This document shows, piece by piece, positions 39,811-49,013 of a DNA stretch of 64,000 bases. The notes below the pieces were generated by a model. The model worked only from the letters and a program-made list of their open reading frames with translations, searched no databases and had not been told where the DNA came from. Every line of letters begins with the position of its first letter. Position 1 is the first letter of the stretch. The position numbers and the translations under genes were made by a program. The DNA is from a bacterium (GTDB lineage: Bacteria > NPL-UPA2 > JAUVJM01). The stretch spans positions 1,615 to 65,614 of the forward strand of contig JAUWGW010000007.1 of assembly GCA_030606215.1 (NCBI GenBank), in the 5' to 3' direction.

Positions 39811-40704
39811 TCAGGCAGAGCAGAATTTACAAATCGGCACTTTGTCAAACTCTCCTCTCAGGTGAAACTGTCTTATTTCTTTTAGACACTTCCCCTTCCA
39901 TACATCTGCGATTGTGTTCTCACAGACATTCCCTAAAACGATCTGGCCATCATAATCGACACAGCATAAGGCGACTTCACCGTTCCAGAGAATTGTCAGC
40001 TTTGACCATAGACGAAAACATGGTAGTTTCCTAACAGCAGGAGATTTTTTGAAGTTGCGTAGATTTCCCCAATTATGGACTTTTCCTATTGAAACATTAT
40101 CAACCCTTCTTCTCCAGTAATGAAGAAATTTATTTTTTGCCTTGGTATCACTACTAAGATCTAAGCAGGAAATTGAAACTTGCGGCTTTTTAAAATGTTT
40201 CTTTTGTCTCATTTCCATGAATTCATTTATGTTTCTTTGTACTTCATCAAAGCTTAACCCACGCCGTGTAGTTTCATACAGGTTCTTGTCAATTCCGTCA
40301 AAGCTAATTTTCAACTTATCAAGTCCACTATTCAGAATTCTTTCAGCCATATCACCGGTTAGCAAAGATCCGTTCGTAAATATCTTGACCTCTGCGATAC
40401 CGAGCCTTTTGGCATGTTTTATCCGATCTGGCAGGTCATCTACAAGGAGCGCCTCACCAAAATTATGGAGATGAACTGAGTGAACTTTGTGCTTTGCGCA
40501 TTCGTTAACCACTTTTTCAAACAGTTCCCAGCTCATAATTCCTATTTTTCGTGTCATCCTGTCTCTTGTGCACATTGTGCAGTTCGAGTTGCATGCATTA
40601 GTTGTTTCAATCTCAACAGTGCGAGGGAATTTCCATATAGCGCTTGCCACTCCACCTGAAACAGTAAAAAACGTTTTTTCTAATAGAGGAAACTTATTAT
40701 GCAT
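39811..40704 (-). CDS. Radical SAM protein with SPASM/twitch domain
   Basis: CNSNCTMC; PCFRLW...WNGEVALCCVD...GN...CKFC. Confidence 0.9.
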   Translation of the reverse strand: MHNKFPLLEKTFFTVSGGVASAIWKFPRTVEIETTNACNSNCTMCTRDRMTRKIGIMSWELFEKVVNECAKHKVHSVHLHNFGEALLVDDLPDRIKHAKRLGIAEVKIFTNGSLLTGDMAERILNSGLDKLKISFDGIDKNLYETTRRGLSFDEVQRNINEFMEMRQKKHFKKPQVSISCLDLSSDTKAKNKFLHYWRRRVDNVSIGKVHNWGNLRNFKKSPAVRKLPCFRLWSKLTILWNGEVALCCVDYDGQIVLGNVCENTIADVWKGKCLKEIRQFHLRGEFDKVPICKFCSA

Positions 40705-40722
40705 ATTGTATATGATTCCGCG

Positions 40723-41550
40723 TTATTTCCCAAGTACAAACAGCATTTTATTGCCAAATTTCGTTTTGTCATAAAGAAAAGTCAGTAAGGGGTTGGGACT
40801 TCGGCTTAGAGTAGTCCAATACAGGATTTGCAGTCCTGCTGATGCTGCAAGTCTTCTGAAAGTCGCAGAGTTAAATTCATACAGATGTTCAGGCATTGAA
40901 AAATGGCACCAGGGATGCTTTTTTAGACGGTATCTGCTCAAAAAATTCTTAACTCTAATATCTATCCCTGCAACATTTGGCAGTTCCACAAAGATATATC
41001 CGTTACTTTTTATGAGACGGTAGAGGTAACGGAGTGTTCCCAGTGGGTCTGGCATGTGCTCAAGAACATGCCACAGAGTAACAATGTCAAACTGTCCAGC
41101 ATGAAAATTCATTTCTTCCAGTTTGCCTGCTCTGACATCTATATGCAGGGTTTCCTGCGCCCACTTTATTGTTTTCTGCGATATATCTATGCCTGTGGCT
41201 GAGAAACCAAGCCCGGCTGCTTCCTGGACAAAGAAGCCTAACCCGCACCCGACATCAAGCAGATTGCCCGAGGATTTATATCGCTGGACATATTTTAACC
41301 TGCGCTGGATTTGAAAGTACTGGTTGGTTTTCTTAAAACGGGTGAAGTCAAACTGAGCAAGGTCAAATTCCTTATACCATGCGTAGTCAAGATCGTTGTT
41401 TAGTTTCTCATAATCTTCCGGTGCTGGCGCCGGGTGGCGATAGAGCAGACCACAGTTACGGCATTGCATAAGGTTATTTATTTCCTGCCTGGCTATTTGA
41501 ATTGTATCACTTACCTTGCAAAGCGGGCACCGCCCAATGAGCTGGGTCAT
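40723..41550 (-). CDS. Class I SAM methyltransferase with N-terminal Zn ribbon
   Basis: CPLC...CRNCG, LDVGCGLG, WHVLEH, PEHLY; ATG overlaps the upstream stop. Confidence 0.88.
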   Translation of the reverse strand: MTQLIGRCPLCKVSDTIQIARQEINNLMQCRNCGLLYRHPAPAPEDYEKLNNDLDYAWYKEFDLAQFDFTRFKKTNQYFQIQRRLKYVQRYKSSGNLLDVGCGLGFFVQEAAGLGFSATGIDISQKTIKWAQETLHIDVRAGKLEEMNFHAGQFDIVTLWHVLEHMPDPLGTLRYLYRLIKSNGYIFVELPNVAGIDIRVKNFLSRYRLKKHPWCHFSMPEHLYEFNSATFRRLAASAGLQILYWTTLSRSPNPLLTFLYDKTKFGNKMLFVLGK

Positions 41551-42437
41551 ATCAGTTTCCAGCGTTGATGGAGCCAGAACCACTGTGCAGGGAAGCGCCT
41601 GACATAGCTCTCGATAATCCTGGTTAGCCTGGCTGTATTCATATATATGTCTTCTTCTCTGTTGCCTGTAGAGGAAAGTTCAAGTACGGGTTCAATTATC
41701 ACCGCATGCTTATCACCCGGCTCCCGCAGTGAAAACATCGGGACAATGCCTGCTCCCGTCCTCATGGCAAGAACTACAGGACCTGTTGCAGTTCCTGCAG
41801 GATGATTGAAGAAGTCTACGAATACACCTCCCCGAAGTTCTCGCTGGTCACCGAGCATACACACAATTTCATTCTGTCGCAAGCGCTTTAATAATTCAGT
41901 TGTCGCTTTTTTTCTTGGTAGAGCGGGGACGACACCTATGCCGAGATGTTCAAGACAGGAATGGAAAATTTCAGCAATCTGTTCAACTTCAGGGTCACGC
42001 ATAATGAAACTGAAAGGGTATCCCTCAGCCGCAAGTCTTGCCCCTAACAAACCGAAATTCCCTAAATGAGCGCTAAAACCGATGACACCTTTACCCTTCT
42101 TCAGAGCAGATTCAAGATTTTCTTTCCCTTCCAATCTTATAAGCTTTCTTATCTCGCGGCGAGAGAATCGGATAGAACTTGTTGCCTCACATAATCCCTT
42201 CCCGAGATTTATATAAGTCTCGCGGGCAATTGCTGCGAGTTCTGACTGATTCATCCTGTTACCGAATGCAAGTTTCAAGTTATCCAGTGTAATTTTATGA
42301 TACCTTCCGGAAAGGAAATACGCGAGCTGCCCCAAAGATTTACCGGAGAGCTGTACTCCTCTCCATGGTAGGAGACCTATAATTTTCATCACGGAATGCA
42401 TAGCAAGAATTGAGGCGAGACGGTCAATTTTTCTCAT
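41547..42437 (-). CDS. lpxL: Lipid A late acyltransferase (LpxL/HtrB family)
   Basis: AHLGNF, DQ, VDFF, PAQWFWLHQRWK. Confidence 0.85.
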   Translation of the reverse strand: MRKIDRLASILAMHSVMKIIGLLPWRGVQLSGKSLGQLAYFLSGRYHKITLDNLKLAFGNRMNQSELAAIARETYINLGKGLCEATSSIRFSRREIRKLIRLEGKENLESALKKGKGVIGFSAHLGNFGLLGARLAAEGYPFSFIMRDPEVEQIAEIFHSCLEHLGIGVVPALPRKKATTELLKRLRQNEIVCMLGDQRELRGGVFVDFFNHPAGTATGPVVLAMRTGAGIVPMFSLREPGDKHAVIIEPVLELSSTGNREEDIYMNTARLTRIIESYVRRFPAQWFWLHQRWKLI

Positions 42438-43504
42438 CGTTCACACTTCCATCTTTTAAGAATTTCTTTTCCACGAATAATTTTCAACTCAATAATAAGA
42501 GCGAGAATATTCCCATCGCAGATTCCTTCCAGCCGCATGGCGTCTTTCTGGGTGGTGATAATTGTTTCTACTCCTTTTTGCTGTGCGAGACGGCGGATTT
42601 TATCAATTTCCCTGAGTGAATATCTGTGATGGTCGAGGAAGCGAAAAGAATCCCGCACATTAGCTCCGAGCTCCTTTAATGTTTTCTCAAAAGATTGTGG
42701 ATTTCCAATGCTGGAGAGAGCAAAAATATCCTTACCTGTAAGAAAATTCAATTCAAGATGTTTCCCTGTTGCAATATCCTGGAGGCGCACAGGGGAATGT
42801 ATGCTCTCTATAATTGGAGCGGTTGGATTGATTGCTCTTAGTTCCTGCTTTAAGTTTTCAAGGTTGTTAGACTCGTCAGTATGTGTAAGCAGGAAAAGAT
42901 TTGCCCGCTTCAGTTTGTTCTTTGGTTCCCTGAGAGTCCCTCTCGGTAGAAGATGACCATTCCCGAAAGGGCAGATTGCATTGATAACTGCTATATTTAG
43001 GTCTCTCTTCAAAGCTAAATATTGATACCCATCATCAAGAATAATCGCATCACAACCGTACTTATTTATAGCGAGGTTTCCTGTGAGAAAACGGTTTTTC
43101 CCAACGAGCACAGCTACTCCTGGCAGATTCTTTGCGAGTAACTGTGGTTCATCTCCTCCTTCTTCACTCCCGAGCAGAATTGTCTTACCATCCGAAACAA
43201 CGCCGAAACTGGCCGTCCTTTTTGTAGGTTTTCTCCTGTAACCTCTGCTCAGGATAGCTACCCTGCACCCCCGGGTTGTAAGTATCTTAGCGAGCATTTC
43301 TACCGCAGGAGTTTTTCCTGTTCCTCCAAGCACAATATTGCCTACACTTATCACAGGGCGCTGTAATCCTTTTTTTCTCCTCGTGAAATGCCGTACAGTA
43401 ATAGCGAAAAGGTAGATTTTTGAGAGGGCCCATAGTGATATGTGAAAAATTCGGTTTTCACTTATGCGCAACAGAAACTGTGAAGATTTCTCACAAATAT
43501 TCAT
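42434..43504 (-). CDS. lpxK: Tetraacyldisaccharide 4'-kinase
   Basis: VISVGNIVLGGTGKTP, SRGY, GDEP, LDDGYQ, LLPRGTLREP, TTQKD. Confidence 0.95.
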   Translation of the reverse strand: MNICEKSSQFLLRISENRIFHISLWALSKIYLFAITVRHFTRRKKGLQRPVISVGNIVLGGTGKTPAVEMLAKILTTRGCRVAILSRGYRRKPTKRTASFGVVSDGKTILLGSEEGGDEPQLLAKNLPGVAVLVGKNRFLTGNLAINKYGCDAIILDDGYQYLALKRDLNIAVINAICPFGNGHLLPRGTLREPKNKLKRANLFLLTHTDESNNLENLKQELRAINPTAPIIESIHSPVRLQDIATGKHLELNFLTGKDIFALSSIGNPQSFEKTLKELGANVRDSFRFLDHHRYSLREIDKIRRLAQQKGVETIITTQKDAMRLEGICDGNILALIIELKIIRGKEILKRWKCER

Positions 43505-43508
43505 TTAT

Positions 43509-44252
43509 CTACATTGTGATAATTTCAGGTTCTCCATCTGTAACAATAATTGTATGCTCAAAATGTGCTGATGGTTGTCCGTCGCGGGTAACCGCCGTCC
43601 AGTTATCCTCTTGGACTTCAACTTCAAAAGTCCCCATATTGACCATCGGTTCAATAGCGAGAACCATACCAGGTTTCAGCCTTGGCCCTTGCTTTGGCTT
43701 ACCAAAATTTGGAATCTGTGGTTCTTCATGGAGGTTGCTTCCGATACCATGTCCAACAAAGTCGCGTACCACTGAGAATCCATTCTTTTCCACATGGGAT
43801 TGGACGGCATGTGATATATCTGATAGTCTATTACCTGCCCTGACTTTTTCTATACCTTTGAATAGAGCTTCCCTGGTAACTCTTAGTAGTTTATGAATAT
43901 CTGAGCTTATTTCTCCGACAGCTACTGTGATTGCTGAGTCACCAAAGAAACCTTTATACTCAACGCCAATATCCACGCTTATAATATCTCCTTCTTTTAC
44001 AACTCTGAATCCAGGGATTCCATGAACAATTTCTTCATTGATAGACGCGCAGATTGTTGCTGGAAAACCTTTATACCCCTTAAAAGCTGGAGTTCCTCCT
44101 CTTTTCCTGATCATTTCCTCTGCAATTTTGTCAAGTTCCGCAGTCGTTACACCCGGCTTTATAAGTTTTGTTAGTTTCTTAAGAACTTCAGCTACAATTC
44201 TGCTACTGGCACGTATTAACTTAAGTTCTTCCTCAGAATGGATGATAATCAT
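43509..44252 (-). CDS. map: Type I methionyl aminopeptidase
   Basis: CASINEEIVHGIP, GHGIG, HEEP, AIEPM, SAHFEHT; ATG 44252. Confidence 0.96.
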   Translation of the reverse strand: MIIIHSEEELKLIRASSRIVAEVLKKLTKLIKPGVTTAELDKIAEEMIRKRGGTPAFKGYKGFPATICASINEEIVHGIPGFRVVKEGDIISVDIGVEYKGFFGDSAITVAVGEISSDIHKLLRVTREALFKGIEKVRAGNRLSDISHAVQSHVEKNGFSVVRDFVGHGIGSNLHEEPQIPNFGKPKQGPRLKPGMVLAIEPMVNMGTFEVEVQEDNWTAVTRDGQPSAHFEHTIIVTDGEPEIITM

Positions 44253-44254
44253 GG

Positions 44255-44662
44255 TTAAAAGAGGATTTCGATTGCTTTGTAGGGACATGCTCTGACACAA
44301 AGCCCGCAGGCAATGCATCGCTCTTTCTCAAAGGAGATAAGATGTTTTTCTCTGTCAAGTACGAAAGCGCCTGCAGGGCAGAGCGGGATACAAGCTGTGC
44401 AGTGTATACATTTATCCTGGTGCCAGAGGACATCTTGTGCAAGAGGTTGCATTCCAACCCCGAGTTGAGAGAGGTAGTTGAGACCTTTTTCTAAAGCTTT
44501 TCTCTCCCCGCTTATCTCCACCACAAGTCTTCCTTCCTCACGCGGGGTTACTGTAGCCTGAAGTATATTAATCATCAAATCATAATCTCTTATCAACTGG
44601 TATGTTATAGGTTGTTCTACTAACTCTGGAGGAAAACGCAGGACAAGTCTTTTTTTCGTCAT
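44255..44662 (-). CDS. NIL domain / 2x[4Fe-4S] ferredoxin (MA1822-like)
   Basis: INILQA NIL motif; CIHCTACIPLCP and CIACGLCVRACP. Confidence 0.88.
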   Translation of the reverse strand: MTKKRLVLRFPPELVEQPITYQLIRDYDLMINILQATVTPREEGRLVVEISGERKALEKGLNYLSQLGVGMQPLAQDVLWHQDKCIHCTACIPLCPAGAFVLDREKHLISFEKERCIACGLCVRACPYKAIEILF

Positions 44663-45819
44663 CGTTCTGCCCCCGGGAGAAATGCAACAGGTTCACTCAG
44701 CAAGAATTCTCCCTTTTCTATCCATTGTTTCAGAATATCTGCGATATCCCTTGCCCGCGCATAACTTGAAAGTCCGCCGGCAGGGATTTCCTTCCCTTCA
44801 ATAGTTATTTTCCCTTCCCTGAGCTCGTGATAATTCACTGTGCCAAGGATTTTGTCTTTGCCCTGCGGATAATCTTTGCTATAGTCTACAACCTGTGCAT
44901 GAATATCCTCATCACTCACAGCAGTATACTCAGCCATTTTTTCATCAAGAATTGGTATTGCTACTCCTATACCTAAAGTCAATGTTACTCCATAGCCTGT
45001 AAAACTTGCGCCGCGTATCCATTCAAGCGACATTTCTTTAAGATTCCCCGTAACTGCGAGCGTCCCTGCTGGAGCCCGGGGGAGACCATTTTTGTCACGG
45101 GGAACGTCCGGATTGTGTTGAGTTCCTGCTCCCCAGACATAACCCTGCGCTCCACCAAGGAATATTCGTGTTCCAACACCGATGGTTCTGTAGAGAGGGT
45201 CATTCAAAAGAGGGCTTAATTGACCGGCGCTACAGTAATTGGCATTTCCCATACGAGGTTGAAGAATTCCCATATATGTGTAAATCACTCTATCTGATTT
45301 GTTGACAGCTACATTATAGTTCTGATAAGCATTTCTGGGATTTGTAAGAATTGCCTGCGGAATGTCCCGTATCGTGATAGTTTTTTCAATTTCGCGGTTT
45401 GGATAACAGTTAGTGCCGTAGGCGAGACCTTTCAGCTTCACAGGTCTACCTGCAACAAGGTCTTCAATTACATGACCTCCGCCGTAGCGAAATTCGCCGG
45501 GGAAAACTTTGTTCTCAGGGTCATCTTCAGAAAGTTCTGTCGCTCCGAGGTAGACATCTACAGCTGCCAGTCCTGTATACGCCGGGACATTGTTCAGCCA
45601 CACTTTGCGAAATTTGATTCTCGGTTTTGAGTGCCCGAGGTTCAGAAAAACACCTGAGGAACACATCGGACCAAAAGTCCCGGTTGTAACAACATCCACT
45701 TCCCGAGAAGCTTTTTTTACACCTTTAGTCTTTACAATTTCAATCATCTCTTCGGCAGTTACAACTACAACCTCACCCATGGCTATTTTCTGATTAATTT
45801 GTGAATATGTCTTTGGCAT
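44659..45819 (-). CDS. DUF39/COG1900 aspartate-semialdehyde sulfurtransferase (homocysteine biosynthesis), no CBS domains
   Basis: VDVVTTGTFGPMCSSG, YGGGHVIEDLV, RNAYQNY, AGQLSPLLNDP, GTQHNP. Confidence 0.88.
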   Translation of the reverse strand: MPKTYSQINQKIAMGEVVVVTAEEMIEIVKTKGVKKASREVDVVTTGTFGPMCSSGVFLNLGHSKPRIKFRKVWLNNVPAYTGLAAVDVYLGATELSEDDPENKVFPGEFRYGGGHVIEDLVAGRPVKLKGLAYGTNCYPNREIEKTITIRDIPQAILTNPRNAYQNYNVAVNKSDRVIYTYMGILQPRMGNANYCSAGQLSPLLNDPLYRTIGVGTRIFLGGAQGYVWGAGTQHNPDVPRDKNGLPRAPAGTLAVTGNLKEMSLEWIRGASFTGYGVTLTLGIGVAIPILDEKMAEYTAVSDEDIHAQVVDYSKDYPQGKDKILGTVNYHELREGKITIEGKEIPAGGLSSYARARDIADILKQWIEKGEFLLSEPVAFLPGAER

Positions 45820-46584
45820 TTAGCGCTCCTTCAGTCTTATCTTTCCCCATATTCCAAGTTTATCCCCGAAAATGATGACAACACCTCTCACACCATTTAT
45901 TGAGCGGGCAAAATCTACGGCTTTTTCAATGTCAGAATGGCTCTTCACAAGATTGCAGGTAGCGGTTGCTGCAGCATCAGCAAGGATTGCTGAAGGAGAA
46001 TAAATTACTACTGCGTCAGCGTTGCCAAAACTTAAAGAATGACCAACTGTTCCAGAAGAAGTGCATATGCCCAGAGGAGTCTCATCAGGTTCTATTTCCA
46101 GAGCTATCTGTTGGGTGAATATTGAATCTCCTGCATATATTGCTACAACCCTCCTGCAGTGAGATTTAAGGAAAATGTCTCCACCGTTTTCCACAATAAT
46201 TTCACTGGATTCAGAAAGTAAATTTTCACCTACATATTGTGCAATTGCTCCTGCGACAGTTGCCATCGGACCAACACCCGCTTTACATGATTCAGAAATC
46301 ATATCCTTAATAATGCGAGGAGCTCCTTCCTCGATATCTACCGGAGACAGACTCTTCAAAAATTCCCCCCTCTTTCTTATATAGCTTTCAATCTCCTGTC
46401 TATAGCGTATGACAGATGTAAGTGCCTGTTTCTTTAAATTTTCGAAGTTTTGTGGGAGACATCCCCGCCTCGCCGGCGGGCGGGTCCTGATGTCGAGTGA
46501 AATCAGGAGGTCAGTTTCTTTTTCACATATGGTGAAAGTTCCCAATCCCCCTGTCCCAACCCAGCTTCTATAAGTCTTATTCAT
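45820..46584 (-). CDS. UPF0280/COG2122 ApbE-like protein
   Basis: GVGPMATVAGAIA, VENGGDI, GICTSSGTVGHSLSFG.ADA. Confidence 0.9.
   Translation of the reverse strand: MNKTYRSWVGTGGLGTFTICEKETDLLISLDIRTRPPARRGCLPQNFENLKKQALTSVIRYRQEIESYIRKRGEFLKSLSPVDIEEGAPRIIKDMISESCKAGVGPMATVAGAIAQYVGENLLSESSEIIVENGGDIFLKSHCRRVVAIYAGDSIFTQQIALEIEPDETPLGICTSSGTVGHSLSFGNADAVVIYSPSAILADAAATATCNLVKSHSDIEKAVDFARSINGVRGVVIIFGDKLGIWGKIRLKER
46458..46494. repeat. GC-rich palindromic element inside the UPF0280 gene
   Basis: gacatc-cccgcctcgccggcgggcggg-tcct-gatgtc; encodes DIRTRPPARRGC. Confidence 0.65.
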
Positions 46585-46624
46585 CCTTAACGATAATGGT
46601 ATGTCAAAGTTGAGAGTTAGTCAA
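46561..46624. repeat. Left direct repeat of islet (UPF0280 promoter plus first 8 codons)
   Basis: About 54/64 identical to 49300-49362 by manual alignment; minus strand TTGACT-17-TACCAT, then MNKTYRSW. Confidence 0.85.
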
Positions 46625-46679
46625 TAGAAAAGGCGGTGATTGTGGATAGTTATGGATAATTAAAAGGAGCAACAAACAA

Positions 46680-46708
46680 TTGACACCATACTCCCAAAGC
46701 GGTATTAT
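46680..46708 (+). promoter_or_regulatory. Sigma70-type promoter
   Basis: TTGACA-17-TATTAT, 9 nt before ATG 46718. Confidence 0.6.
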
Positions 46709-46717
46709 TGAGCAGAG

Positions 46718-46945
46718 ATGAAATGTAGTATTGAAGGATGCCCAGGTGAGTACGAGGGACGAAAGATTGTACATACTGTGCGGTTTCAAGGAAAGGTGGT
46801 TGTTATTGACCATGTCCCAGCAAAAGTCTGCTCAGTATGTGGGGATACACTGCTGAATCTAAAAACTACGCAGCGAATCGAGGGGATGTTACAGAAAACA
46901 ACCAAGCCGGAGGCAGAAGTTCCACTCTACGAATATGCTAAATAG
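46718..46945 (+). CDS. YgiT-type zinc finger protein (MqsA-like Zn ribbon)
   Basis: MKCSIEGC...VVVIDHVPAKVCSVCGD. Confidence 0.85.
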   Translation: MKCSIEGCPGEYEGRKIVHTVRFQGKVVVIDHVPAKVCSVCGDTLLNLKTTQRIEGMLQKTTKPEAEVPLYEYAK

Positions 46946-47080
46946 GGATGACCTTGGCCATTTCGCCTTTTTGGGCTCCAGAAGCGAAGTTTTTGGCTAG
47001 AATAAGCCATGGCAAACTCAGAGCAAAATTTGACGATTCAAAGAATTTCTTTAAGTAGATGGTTGGAGGGGCAGAGCGTC

Positions 47081-47413
47081 ATGAAAACACGCGGTTTTCT
47101 AATTATTGTTTGTTTCGTTTTTCTCTTGGCCTCCTGCGGACCGAAGCCGGAAAAAACTATAATCGGTAAATGGGAGAGAATAGGAGATTCCAAGACTATC
47201 GAGTTCTTTAAAGATGGCACCGTAAGCATTGTTAAAGGGGAAATGTGTGCGGGTGGAGACTACAAGTTCATTAGTGCCAAGCGAATAAGGCTTGAGTTGG
47301 GTGGTGTATGGGCGTTGATTGGCCCTATCATCTACAACGTCTCTATCGTCCAAGACAAACTCATTTTGACCACTGCTGACGGGGAGTCTTCTGAATATCA
47401 AAAAGTCAAATGA
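47081..47413 (+). CDS. Small lipoprotein, lipocalin-like/unknown
   Basis: Signal peptide with lipobox LASC; IIGKW...IEFFKDGT; ATG 47081. Confidence 0.7.
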   Translation: MKTRGFLIIVCFVFLLASCGPKPEKTIIGKWERIGDSKTIEFFKDGTVSIVKGEMCAGGDYKFISAKRIRLELGGVWALIGPIIYNVSIVQDKLILTTADGESSEYQKVK

Positions 47414-47853
47414 ACCTATTTAAGAATTTACTTTCCGAGCTCGAAGGCAAGCTCAAAAATCACGGCTCATTTATCCTTCTTCCTGGGGAATCTATTAATG
47501 ACATCGTTAATCGGTTCGGTGTTTCTTCTGAACCTGGAGTTTATATAATCTACGGTTGTGCTTCTAAGAAAGAGAAAGTTATTTATATCGGTAGTAGTGG
47601 ACGTATAAAACAAGACGGGTCATTTGGGAAACAAACACTCAAAAAGCGTCTTACAATGAAGCAATGCGGAGAATATCGAAGAAAATTCTTCGGAAACATT
47701 CTTGCAAAGGGGAAATATTCCAAACTTCTTTTTAAGTGGTTCATTACTTTCGATTCATGCAATAAATTGCTCCCAGCTAACATTGAAGGCGATTTAATGC
47801 AAGCTTATTATGATGATTTTAAATGTCTTCCGGAATACAACAAATCATATTGA
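47410..47853 (+). CDS. GIY-YIG superfamily nuclease-like protein
   Basis: PGVYII...IYIGSS...LKKRL...E...P.YN. Confidence 0.7.
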   Translation: MNLFKNLLSELEGKLKNHGSFILLPGESINDIVNRFGVSSEPGVYIIYGCASKKEKVIYIGSSGRIKQDGSFGKQTLKKRLTMKQCGEYRRKFFGNILAKGKYSKLLFKWFITFDSCNKLLPANIEGDLMQAYYDDFKCLPEYNKSY

Positions 47854-47939
47854 GTAAAGTTTATTGGCCTAACTGGCCCACCCAACATCCTGTGAAAAAG
47901 AGCTTGTGGCGCAACTTATAAAAATTTCTCATTTTATCC

Positions 47940-47967
47940 TTGACAAAAACGCTGTGCGGTGTATAAT
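47940..47967 (+). promoter_or_regulatory. Sigma70 promoter of vapBC
   Basis: TTGACA-16-TATAAT; TGTATAA repeated directly downstream (possible operator); RBS aaggaggtga. Confidence 0.7.
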
Positions 47968-47994
47968 GTAGGATGTATAAAGGAGGTGAGAACC

Positions 47995-48252
47995 ATGGGT
48001 AATTTACATCGGACTCAAATCTACATTGAGGAAGATCAAATGCACCAGCTCAAACTTGAAGCAGAGAGAGAACACCTCGCTGTGTCTAAATTAATCCGCC
48101 ATGCGATCGACCGGCTCTTAAAAACAAGGGCCAACAATATTGACTGGGACAGGGACCCTCTCACCAAAGCCATTGGCAAGATTAAACTCACGGTAACTAA
48201 CGCCGCTGTGGATCACGACCACTATTTATACGGGCGGAGAAAAAGGAGATGA
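47995..48252 (+). CDS. vapB: CopG/RHH antitoxin (VapB-like)
   Basis: RTQIYI...SKLIRHAID RHH; C-terminal AVDHDHYLYG; upstream of a PIN gene. Confidence 0.8.
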   Translation: MGNLHRTQIYIEEDQMHQLKLEAEREHLAVSKLIRHAIDRLLKTRANNIDWDRDPLTKAIGKIKLTVTNAAVDHDHYLYGRRKRR

Positions 48253-48255
48253 TTT

Positions 48256-48663
48256 ATGGAAAAGGTATTTGTAGACACCAGTGGTTGGGTAGCCCTCTTT
48301 GTAGCAAATGATAAAGATCATAAAAAGGCAGCTCCCATTTTTGATGACCTTAAGCGGTTAAAGGTGCTCATTTATACCTCGGACTATGTCATTGATGAAA
48401 CCATTACAACCATTTTGGCAAGAGGAAACCACAAACAATCTGTCTTTGCAGGCAAAGTTCTCCTCACAAGTGAAATCATCAAGATAGTGCATATTTTCCC
48501 AGACTATTTTCAAAGTGCCTGGAAACTTTACCAAAAGTACAAGGATAAAAATTTTAGTTTCACAGATGTTACCTCCTTCACAGTAATGAAGGATCTCAAT
48601 ATCAACAGGGCTTTTGCTTTCGATAGAGAATTTATACAGGCGGGAATCGAACTGATAGGATAA
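48256..48663 (+). CDS. vapC: PIN domain toxin
   Basis: VFVDTSGW, DETIT, SFTDVTSF, AFDREF acidic PIN residues. Confidence 0.9.
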   Translation: MEKVFVDTSGWVALFVANDKDHKKAAPIFDDLKRLKVLIYTSDYVIDETITTILARGNHKQSVFAGKVLLTSEIIKIVHIFPDYFQSAWKLYQKYKDKNFSFTDVTSFTVMKDLNINRAFAFDREFIQAGIELIG

Positions 48664-48668
48664 TCTCT

Positions 48669-49013
48669 ATGAGCTTTTGGAACTATTTTGTCGGAGAAGC
48701 ATACTGTCTCTACGACGCTTGCAAGGATAAAAAGATAAAAGTCTGTACGGCTAATTCTCTGAAAGAATTTTTCAAAGATCTGAAAAAGACCAAACGCATT
48801 AAGTGGCAAATAATAAAGAATCCTTCCTACATAAACAGTAAACCTTTTTGCAAGAGCCCTGGCAGGATGACATGGAAGAAATTTTCGAAATGTATTGGGG
48901 AGGGGCACCAGAAACGCTGCCCATTTTTGGGATATGTATTAGCAGATAAAGAAGAATTTATTGCTGCAGTAAAGGCAATAGAAAATAGCCCAAGAGAAAA
49001 AAAGACCCGATAA
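48669..49013 (+). CDS. Hypothetical basic Cys-containing protein
   Basis: 114 aa ORF starting 5 nt after the vapC stop; no family recognised. Confidence 0.5.
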   Translation: MSFWNYFVGEAYCLYDACKDKKIKVCTANSLKEFFKDLKKTKRIKWQIIKNPSYINSKPFCKSPGRMTWKKFSKCIGEGHQKRCPFLGYVLADKEEFIAAVKAIENSPREKKTR

